IMG/VR virus record: IMGVR_UViG_3300008448_006093
Span: 1 to 24,267 of that record
Direction: 5' to 3' (one strand)
Length of the DNA: 24,267 nt
Source of the DNA: a virus
Lineage: Duplodnaviria; Caudoviricetes
Shown here one piece after another: positions 7,243-14,430 of the stretch. Position 1 is the stretch's first letter. Each line of letters opens with the position of its first letter. The translations under genes were made by a program, and so were the position numbers. The notes under the pieces are model-generated. The model did no database searches. It was not told the origin of the DNA and saw only the letters and a program-made list of their open reading frames with translations.

Positions 7243-8009
7243 TGTATTTCCTCTAATGTGGGTGCATATACACCCAAGTGCTGTACTGTTACACCTGCGG
7301 CACGATTGGCGAATGCCACTGACATTCTAATGTCTTTTGTTACCAGGTACTGATAAGCAAGTGCGGCTAAAAAGGTATCGCCAGCACCGGTAACATCAAC
7401 TACTTCTACCTTGGGTGCTGTTTCTTGAATTGCATGATGTATAACTTCTGCACCTTTGGCACCACGAGTTACAATCAACCCTGTACACTCACTTTTAATT
7501 TTAGAGTATTCGGGTTCGTTGATTTTGACCCAGGCGCCCTGCATACGTTCGAGGTCTGTTAGTTTGGTATCGATAAACACAGGAAACTTGACACCGCGAT
7601 TTGATTGTTTGATGATATCTTCAATTAACTCATAATCAACTACACCTTTGGCATAGTCACTGATAACCACAGCATCGTATGGTGGTAGCTCAGTTTCAAA
7701 TCGTAATGGTGTTGATTTTACATCTTCGTCTATACGTGCAATTTGTTGTCGACTGCGCTGATCAATGAGTCGAGTTTTTTTGCTGGCGTGTCCACACAGC
7801 AAATTAACCGTACAACCTAAAGTAACTAAGTTGGCATATACATTACCAGCCATGCCTTCACGTTCTTCTTTGTATGTGGGCACAAATACAGGAACAGGTG
7901 CTTCGGGACTTAATCGATCAATGGTTCCGTATTGATAAACATCAAGGCACGTGTCCCCGATTAGTAATATATTGAATTGTTTTGGTTGTTGAGTGCTCGG
8001 TTCGGTCAT
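7239..8009 (-). CDS. hldA: heptose-7-phosphate kinase (PfkB family, HldE domain I)
   Basis: LIGDTCLD, RLSPEAPVPV, GMAGNV, SDYAKG and DVTGAGDTF. Start uncertain (8009 or 8045). Confidence 0.85.
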   Translation of the reverse strand: MTEPSTQQPKQFNILLIGDTCLDVYQYGTIDRLSPEAPVPVFVPTYKEEREGMAGNVYANLVTLGCTVNLLCGHASKKTRLIDQRSRQQIARIDEDVKSTPLRFETELPPYDAVVISDYAKGVVDYELIEDIIKQSNRGVKFPVFIDTKLTDLERMQGAWVKINEPEYSKIKSECTGLIVTRGAKGAEVIHHAIQETAPKVEVVDVTGAGDTFLAALAYQYLVTKDIRMSVAFANRAAGVTVQHLGVYAPTLEEIQ

Positions 8010-8361
8010 AAAATAAAATTTCTTTACAAAGGTGTGATCCCACAATACGTTGATTTTTGTAATCGCTACCTTTGACCATTACGTCGGGTTTATACAATTC
8101 CAGTAGTTCTTCTAATTCATCTTCGTCATCAAATATCCATACTTGATCTACACATTTTATATTTTCTAGAAAAAATTTTCTATCATTTTGGTTATTGATG
8201 GGTCTTTCATTGCCTTTGAGTTGTTTTACCCTGGCGTCCGAATCGATTAGTACTAAAAGAAAATCGCCAAGGCCTTTGGCGTATTTTAATAATTCGATGT
8301 GACCTCTGTGTAAAAGATCAAAAGTTCCATTAACTACAATTTTCTTTTCTGATACTTTCAT
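7942..8361 (-). CDS. hldC: heptose-1-phosphate nucleotidyltransferase (HldE domain II, cytidylyltransferase fold)
   Basis: NGTFDLLHRGH, DSDARVKQLKG-RP, KPDVMVKGSDY and C-terminal STT. Confidence 0.85.
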   Translation of the reverse strand: MKVSEKKIVVNGTFDLLHRGHIELLKYAKGLGDFLLVLIDSDARVKQLKGNERPINNQNDRKFFLENIKCVDQVWIFDDEDELEELLELYKPDVMVKGSDYKNQRIVGSHLCKEILFYDRTEHSTTKTIQYITNRGHVP

Positions 8362-8840
8362 AACTTTTTAAGTTCATTTATTGTATTATTAAGATCCCCG
8401 CGATGTTGGATAGCAATACCCCCGGCACTACGCCATTCTTCGCAGTTACTGGTCCGATCATCAATTAATACATCTCCGGACTGGCAATGTACATGTTTGT
8501 CTTTACTAAAAGGTCCAAACATAACTGGAATGTCTGGATAGTGTGTGGCGGCCCAATGCACCTTGTCATAGAATGCCCAATGCACATCATTGCCTTTTGG
8601 TACCGCAGTCAAGAACATTAGATTCCAGCCATGTTGACTGCACAGTTGTCGACAATAATCAACCAATTGATCTGCTTCAACTGTTTTATCCAAGTCTCTA
8701 TACAGTCTATGATTGTCTTTGAGACGTACCCAATCTTCATGGGGCCACTTTTCTTCATTGCTCTTTTTTCTTAATACACGGACTGCATACGATTTAAAAT
8801 CTGCAATTACATCGTCCATGTCTAAATAAATTGTTTTCAT
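8358..8840 (-). CDS. HAD-superfamily phosphatase, 5'(3')-deoxyribonucleotidase-like
   Basis: YLDMDDVIAD (motif I), FLTA, K and LIDDR (motif IV). Confidence 0.8.
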   Translation of the reverse strand: MKTIYLDMDDVIADFKSYAVRVLRKKSNEEKWPHEDWVRLKDNHRLYRDLDKTVEADQLVDYCRQLCSQHGWNLMFLTAVPKGNDVHWAFYDKVHWAATHYPDIPVMFGPFSKDKHVHCQSGDVLIDDRTSNCEEWRSAGGIAIQHRGDLNNTINELKKL

Positions 8841-9196
8841 TTTTGACTATCGCCTTTGCCTATACGATAATTATCTTCTACACTGTCTGGTGTGCTAACT
8901 TCAATGATGGTACCTGCTTCAACACATACTACCTGATGAGGAAGTAAAGGTTTATTATGCCATACTTCTCCAGCACTCAATTGTGCTTCGTGCATAGTAG
9001 CATCTACAGTATCAATGTAGAATACGCTAAACTTGCCAGACAGCACATACCAAGTTTCTTCTTTTTCTTTATGAAAATGCATGCTGAATTTTGCACCAGC
9101 GTTGAAGTGCATGAGCTTGCCGCAGTACCGATCATTGGTTGCCCATATCTCTTCTGATCCCCACCCCTTGGGTACAATGCCTGTTAATCTTGTCAT
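8837..9196 (-). CDS. cupin, sugar-phosphate-isomerase-like
   Basis: KGWGSE, SMHFHKEKEETWYV, PHQ and EVST; likely start MTRL at 9196 (ATGA overlap). Confidence 0.75.
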   Translation of the reverse strand: MTRLTGIVPKGWGSEEIWATNDRYCGKLMHFNAGAKFSMHFHKEKEETWYVLSGKFSVFYIDTVDATMHEAQLSAGEVWHNKPLLPHQVVCVEAGTIIEVSTPDSVEDNYRIGKGDSQK

Positions 9197-10167
9197 TTTC
9201 TTGTATACCATTTATAAGCTGTGTCTATGATTGTTTCGATGTCGCTGTGTTCAGGAACCCAGCCCAATACTTCATTGGCCAATGTAGCGTCAGCAACTAG
9301 TGTAGCAGGATCTCCTGGTCTTGCTTCACCAAAGAACACAGTACTCATTCCGTACGTGTCTTTAACATAGTCAAGTATCTGTCGATTGCTAGTTCCGTGA
9401 TTGGTACCCAAGTTAAAAATGTGCGCCCCGGGTTCTTGATCAACAAAGTCGACAGCACAAAGATGTGCGTGTGCTAGATCCCATACATGAATATAATCAC
9501 GCACACATGTACCATCTGGTGTTGCAAAGTCTTCGCCGTTGATAGTAAATGCACGTTGATTGATACTGGCTTCAAGTACACGAGCAACAATGTGTGTGGC
9601 CTCTGGTTCTTGCCCTAAGTCAAAATTGTGAGGTTCTGCTCCGGCTGCATTAAAGAATCTAAAGCACACACTGTTAAGATTGTATGCTGTGTAGTAGTCG
9701 TTTAGAATACGTTCTACTGCTAACTTGGTATTGCCATATGGACTAATAGGATCCAATCTGTGACACTCCACCACAGGTACATGTTCTGGCTCTCCGTACA
9801 CACTGGCACTGCTACTAAACAATACCATTGGAGGTTTGTGTAATTGTTTGATACTGTTTAACATTGTGATAGTTTTTACCACATTGTTGTTGTAGTATTC
9901 TGCAGGATCAGTCATACTAGGACCAACTAAACTAGTGCCAGCACAGTGTACAATAATGTCCGGTGCCAGTTCACGAATAGTAGCAAGACTGTCGAGGCTG
10001 GCAAAGTCTCCAATGTAGTATCCATCCATGCCGTTCAGTGCATGATCACGTTGTACACGATCGATTACGTATACTCGGTTACCTTTTTGTTTGAATGCAC
10101 GAGCTACATGACTACCGATATACCCGCATCCGCCAGTAACAACAACAGTTTTATTCTTTGTTGCCAT
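9193..10167 (-). CDS. galE: UDP-glucose 4-epimerase-like extended SDR
   Basis: TGGCGYIGSH, FSSSASVYG, YGNTK, RFFNAAGA, TPDGTCVRDYIHV and RPGDP. Confidence 0.9.
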   Translation of the reverse strand: MATKNKTVVVTGGCGYIGSHVARAFKQKGNRVYVIDRVQRDHALNGMDGYYIGDFASLDSLATIRELAPDIIVHCAGTSLVGPSMTDPAEYYNNNVVKTITMLNSIKQLHKPPMVLFSSSASVYGEPEHVPVVECHRLDPISPYGNTKLAVERILNDYYTAYNLNSVCFRFFNAAGAEPHNFDLGQEPEATHIVARVLEASINQRAFTINGEDFATPDGTCVRDYIHVWDLAHAHLCAVDFVDQEPGAHIFNLGTNHGTSNRQILDYVKDTYGMSTVFFGEARPGDPATLVADATLANEVLGWVPEHSDIETIIDTAYKWYTRK

Positions 10168-10171
10168 TTTG

Positions 10172-10714
10172 TTAATCCTTGTACCAAAACCAAACGTTAT
10201 TTTCTGTAAATTGCAGTTCGGCAGTTATACTATTTTCTTTTCTAAATTCATTGACTGCTTGTTGTACAGACTCTAACTGCCAATCGTGTCCAGAAAATAG
10301 ACCTTTTGATTTTATCTTTTTAAAAGAATTCGCTAAATCAAATTTAGTTGATTCGTAGCTGTGATCACCGTCAATAAAAATATAATCTAATGTGTCATCG
10401 TCAATGTAGTTTAAAGCCACTGAGCTCTTGGCACGTAATACTGTAATTTTATCATCGTAGTCTTTTAATAGCTCTATAGCTTCCCGCATCCACGATTCTA
10501 CAGTGTCTCGATCCATGCGACCCCACCAATCATCGTATGGTTCCCAAGGATCAATTGCATAGACTGTTTTGATGTTTGGAACACGATCTAGTAAAAATCT
10601 TAGATTGCGACCTCTACATACTCCTAGCTCACAGCCAGTAAGATCATCTCCGAGTTGAGCAATACGATCGACTAATCCGTGTGCGCTTATTGACGTTAAA
10701 CTAGGTGAAAACAT
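10172..10714 (-). CDS. class I SAM-dependent methyltransferase (Methyltransf_24-like)
   Basis: ELGVCRG, AIDPW, DYIFIDGDHSYE and GHDW. Confidence 0.8.
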   Translation of the reverse strand: MFSPSLTSISAHGLVDRIAQLGDDLTGCELGVCRGRNLRFLLDRVPNIKTVYAIDPWEPYDDWWGRMDRDTVESWMREAIELLKDYDDKITVLRAKSSVALNYIDDDTLDYIFIDGDHSYESTKFDLANSFKKIKSKGLFSGHDWQLESVQQAVNEFRKENSITAELQFTENNVWFWYKD

Positions 10715-10766
10715 TATTTAAATTATTGATATTTGCAGGACTCACTAATACTTAGCGTATCAATGA

Positions 10767-10958
10767 TCAGCTATCTAAATCCATTGTGTTGTATTCTTTC
10801 AACAACGCAATCAATTCTTCTTCTGTGTTACATACAACTTTACAGTTCTTCCAGTCGTTGTCTTTATCACGGCCGCCGACTTCTACCATCCAAGCGTTAT
10901 CATACCGATTGATAGTGATTGATTCATTTACTTTTGCGAGTTTTTTTAGTTTTGACAT
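10767..10958 (-). CDS. hypothetical protein
   Basis: 63 aa; AAGGAG SD. Confidence 0.7.
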   Translation of the reverse strand: MSKLKKLAKVNESITINRYDNAWMVEVGGRDKDNDWKNCKVVCNTEEELIALLKEYNTMDLDS

Positions 10959-11166
10959 TTGTGTCTCCTTCTGGTTTAACTTCGTTTAACGATTTTTCAT
11001 ATTCGGCAATTGCTTCTCTTACATCTCGAGTTAGCAATTCCCAATCAGTATTTAATTCAACTCGACCATCTTCGTACTCGTAGCGAGTACTGTGACTGCC
11101 TGTTGTAATTTTTGGCCACTCTACGGTGTCCTCGCTGACTTTAGTTTTCGTTTTACGTGTTGCCAT
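10924..11166 (-). CDS. hypothetical protein
   Basis: 80 aa, in the operon context. Confidence 0.65.
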   Translation of the reverse strand: MATRKTKTKVSEDTVEWPKITTGSHSTRYEYEDGRVELNTDWELLTRDVREAIAEYEKSLNEVKPEGDTNVKTKKTRKSK

Positions 11167-11168
11167 GT

Positions 11169-11357
11169 TTAGGCCTTTGCTTCCTTGCGAGCATTCTTGG
11201 TTTCTGTGATTTCGTTACGACGAGCTTTCACAGCCTTGGCCAATTCAGCAAGTGCTTTGCGAGCACGAGTGCCAGCGGCACTGTTGCCTTTTTCGAATTT
11301 GTCATGCTCGGCCTCGTAAGCTGCCAAGTTTGTTTTGATGTCTTCATGTGCGCTCAT
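11169..11357 (-). CDS. histone H1-like Hc1-family nucleoid protein
   Basis: KFEKGNSAAGTRARKALAELAKAVKARR signature; AAGGA SD. Confidence 0.8.
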   Translation of the reverse strand: MSAHEDIKTNLAAYEAEHDKFEKGNSAAGTRARKALAELAKAVKARRNEITETKNARKEAKA

Positions 11358-11366
11358 AATATTTCC

Positions 11367-12542
11367 TTAAAATTTTGATTCATGTGTGTGCTTGCGGTAG
11401 TCAACGCTCATTCGTAACCACTGCTCTCCCTTACCTTCTAAAATATCAACGATACGATCTACTGTACCATCGGTCCAGTCACTGAGTTTGCCCATATGTT
11501 CACTAGGACGCTCAAGCAGTGGCTCTAACTTGTCCATGGCATCTTCTATGCTCCAGGGTACATACAACCTGGTATGGTCGTTGGCAAATGTCTCTGGAAA
11601 ACTGCGATATGCTGGATATAATACATTACAACCTAATGCATCTGCCTCTGATACAGTGTTAGAAACCCAATCTTGTAAAGCACAATTAAACACAACACGA
11701 CTGTCGTTGACAATGTTATAGTAATCGTTTTTCTCCAAGTCCTCATGGATAGTAAGCAATCCACGTGCCTGCATGTCGCGTGTACGAGACATATAACTTT
11801 CGTTATTGCTTTTTAACTTGCCGCCTGAACATACTGCAAACTCAACATAGCTCTTGGGATGGCGTTGGTGCCAGGCTTCAATTAGATCCATGTAGAAGTC
11901 TGGTTGCTTCTCTTGATCCCAACGTGCTGAGAATACAACACGATGCTTACGCTCACTAAATGGACGAATGGTGCCTACACGGCCTTGTACCTCATCCTTG
12001 CCAAATGCAAGTCCTGAAATATTATAGAGAGGGGCTTCCCAGCCTGCAATCTTCATGTGCATGACCATTTCTTCGTTAGTGGCCAATACGCCGGTAACAA
12101 AGCTGTCTACCATTTTTTCATACAAACCCATCCATTTGCTCATGCCCCAAACATGAACAAAATCATCTGGATCGATTGATTGAGCAAGACAACGGACAAA
12201 AATCCTAGGACAATGAGCAGGATCGATTTGATTAAGAATGTAAGGTAAGCTCTCGATACCGGGTTGAAACATGTCTTCAAAATAGATAACATCCTCATTG
12301 CTACACTCACCTGCTTTCATCATTCGAACAAGATTCATAAGTTGGCTCATGCCAAAATATGTGCGTCCATGTGCGTCTAATACTTGTCCAGTTACAATGG
12401 CTTGATCATTACTCAGTGTCTCGCCGGGCACAATAACATAGTCAATGCCACGACGTTTAAAAACACGTTCGTTCCACTCTTGTAGTTGTAAAGTATAACG
12501 AGCCTTATATGGCTCGAGTCCCATATAATATAGTTTTCTCAT
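11367..12542 (-). CDS. GT-B fold glycosyltransferase (GT4-like)
   Basis: VVFSARWDQEKQPD and QDWVSNTVSEADALGCNVLYP (D/E-x7-E donor-binding helix); 391 aa. Confidence 0.75.
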   Translation of the reverse strand: MRKLYYMGLEPYKARYTLQLQEWNERVFKRRGIDYVIVPGETLSNDQAIVTGQVLDAHGRTYFGMSQLMNLVRMMKAGECSNEDVIYFEDMFQPGIESLPYILNQIDPAHCPRIFVRCLAQSIDPDDFVHVWGMSKWMGLYEKMVDSFVTGVLATNEEMVMHMKIAGWEAPLYNISGLAFGKDEVQGRVGTIRPFSERKHRVVFSARWDQEKQPDFYMDLIEAWHQRHPKSYVEFAVCSGGKLKSNNESYMSRTRDMQARGLLTIHEDLEKNDYYNIVNDSRVVFNCALQDWVSNTVSEADALGCNVLYPAYRSFPETFANDHTRLYVPWSIEDAMDKLEPLLERPSEHMGKLSDWTDGTVDRIVDILEGKGEQWLRMSVDYRKHTHESKF

Positions 12543-12550
12543 ATAGATCC

Positions 12551-12829
12551 TTACCTTGAGTTAAACCGCTGGTGTCTTCCAAACTGTGGTTTAGAAAACT
12601 GTGGTTTAGCAAAATGTGGTTTAGGATCACGGCCCCAGTTATCTCTAGGATACTTTCCATTTTGTACACGATGGAATTCACCCCATGGAGTACGATCGTT
12701 ATATAGATGTGCTTCATTAAACACATATCCATATTTTACACAAAATTCACTGTAAGCTTCAAGGTCTTCAAAGATTTTGTTAACCTCGGGTTTCATAGTA
12801 AGATATTTTTTAATCCAGGCTTGTGCCAT
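12551..12829 (-). CDS. hypothetical protein with a repeated C-terminal tail
   Basis: 92 aa; AAGGA SD. Confidence 0.7.
   Translation of the reverse strand: MAQAWIKKYLTMKPEVNKIFEDLEAYSEFCVKYGYVFNEAHLYNDRTPWGEFHRVQNGKYPRDNWGRDPKPHFAKPQFSKPQFGRHQRFNSR
12581..12625. repeat. 3 x 15-bp in-frame tandem repeat
   Basis: aaactgtggtttaga / aaactgtggtttagc / aaaatgtggtttagg, encoding PKPHF-AKPQF-SKPQF. Confidence 0.9.
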
Positions 12830-12840
12830 TTTTATTTTCC

Positions 12841-13281
12841 TTAAACATTGATAAGTTGAGGACGGTGAGTTTCATATTTAATAAGTGCGCCGTTTTCACC
12901 ATCTTCGGCCACTTCGATCCAGACACTGCGTCCAGGATACTTGTTGGCGATCTGCAAGTACAGATCGTCTGAGATCATTTCACAACTCTTGAAGTTGAGT
13001 TCCAGGGTTCCTCCGGCGTAGAGCTTCTCCAACCAACGTTTGAACTGGATGAATTCAATATCGCGATCATTATGAAAAACATCGATCCAAACTCTGAAAT
13101 GGAAAATATGCCTATGAGGTACCCCAAGAAAAGACACATCATATTCATCACCGGTCGCCAGTGCTGGGTCATCTGCGGCAGCAGGATACTTGTGGATTCC
13201 TTCTTTGCGGAAGGTGACCCAGATTTTTCTATCTGCACGTTGTTTAATTCTTTCAATTGCATCTCGCTGTTCTTGATTCAT
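12841..13281 (-). CDS. dpdL: QueD-paralogous T-fold protein, DpdL type (putative CDG decarboxylase)
   Basis: LGVPHRHIF matches the LxxxHRHxF signature recalled for DpdL; also DRDIEFI, SCEMI and EVAEDGENG. It lacks the QueD CxxxHG motif. Confidence 0.7.
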   Translation of the reverse strand: MNQEQRDAIERIKQRADRKIWVTFRKEGIHKYPAAADDPALATGDEYDVSFLGVPHRHIFHFRVWIDVFHNDRDIEFIQFKRWLEKLYAGGTLELNFKSCEMISDDLYLQIANKYPGRSVWIEVAEDGENGALIKYETHRPQLINV

Positions 13282-13496
13282 AGTACTTTTCCCAATCCCA
13301 AATAAATTAATTGCTCTAGCTCAGTTTGATAGTCCCGACCAAGTCTACGCTTTTCATAGATGGCAGTAAGAATATCTTTGCCGTCGCCGTAGTCTGTGGT
13401 ACCAGCACCGCGACTCGCTAATTCTTCTACCAGATCATCTGTGTCAAAGTCTGACAAGCTGACATCAACTTCTACTTCTGTGTAAACTGTAGGCAT
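13278..13496 (-). CDS. hypothetical protein
   Basis: 72 aa; coupled overlaps at both ends. Confidence 0.7.
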   Translation of the reverse strand: MPTVYTEVEVDVSLSDFDTDDLVEELASRGAGTTDYGDGKDILTAIYEKRRLGRDYQTELEQLIYLGLGKVL

Positions 13497-14005
13497 TATA
13501 TAACCTCGTCTTGAGTGTATTTAGACCAATCAGTAAAAACTGATTCACGTTTCATTAGACTATAAAGACTATGGCACCATACACCGGGGTTAGTTGCCTT
13601 AAAGTCTTTGTCATCTAGTTTAATTGTAGCATTGTAACCTAGTTGTTGTATATAGGGCAATTTAACCGAAATCATTGGAATAAAATTATGCTGTTCGGTT
13701 AATCCACTTTCTAGTAGTCCCTCAACACATTTTACATCAATATCTAACGTACACAAATAATCTCGTTTGAGAAAGTAGTCAATCATGTTTTCCCATTGTT
13801 TCCAACCTTCGGCATCGTTATACGCCAAGTTGGGAAAACTTTGATTGGCTCCAAAGTATATGTGTTGATGTCCATGAAGTTTTGCGGCAATATCCTCAAC
13901 CGAATGAACTCCAACTACAAACAAAGTTTTTAATCCATATGCTGGAGTATGTTCTACTTCAGTTCCGGTAAAAAAGTTAACTGTTTCGTGTCCTGGTCGA
14001 TCCAT
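13496..14005 (-). CDS. hypothetical protein, possibly a degenerate QueE-like fold
   Basis: 169 aa; GAGG SD; motif order parallels QueE but there is no Cys triad. Confidence 0.7.
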   Translation of the reverse strand: MDRPGHETVNFFTGTEVEHTPAYGLKTLFVVGVHSVEDIAAKLHGHQHIYFGANQSFPNLAYNDAEGWKQWENMIDYFLKRDYLCTLDIDVKCVEGLLESGLTEQHNFIPMISVKLPYIQQLGYNATIKLDDKDFKATNPGVWCHSLYSLMKRESVFTDWSKYTQDEVI

Positions 14006-14007
14006 GA

Positions 14008-14217
14008 TTACCTCAATTGGTTAGTTATTTGGTTATAAGATTCTGTCACTTTAAAAGACACTGTACCGGACTCATCAAGGTCGTGTACCCAGATAGTCGA
14101 ACTATCTTGATCATCTCTGTAGGCGATAATATAACTGGAGTTAACAGTTAATCGTCGAGCAGGAATTGATTCTGTCTCTGTACTTAATGCCGGTAGTGTC
14201 AACTCAATAAATTTCAT
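14008..14217 (-). CDS. hypothetical protein
   Basis: 69 aa; ATGA overlap. Confidence 0.65.
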   Translation of the reverse strand: MKFIELTLPALSTETESIPARRLTVNSSYIIAYRDDQDSSTIWVHDLDESGTVSFKVTESYNQITNQLR

Positions 14218-14423
14218 CGATCATCATCCAAGTCGACTCGTTGAGCATCTTCGTATTGTAAACGATATAGATCACGAATGCGATCTTTAATGGTTAATTT
14301 TTCTTTTTTTAATTCTTGTAGCCGAAATTCTTCGACGTGTGGGTGTTTTTGCATTTTACCAATCTCTTGTTCTAGTTTATGATGTTGGTATTCCAGTTCC
14401 TTGATTTTAGATGCGTAGTCCAT
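14214..14423 (-). CDS. DUF465/YdcH-like helical hairpin protein
   Basis: HHKLEQEI...LKKEKLTIKDRI pattern. Confidence 0.7.
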   Translation of the reverse strand: MDYASKIKELEYQHHKLEQEIGKMQKHPHVEEFRLQELKKEKLTIKDRIRDLYRLQYEDAQRVDLDDDR

Positions 14424-14430
14424 TTATTCC

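Noticed and set aside
12581-12625. Repeat as a mini-CRISPR array
   Set aside because: There are no spacers; it is a contiguous in-frame 15-bp coding repeat.
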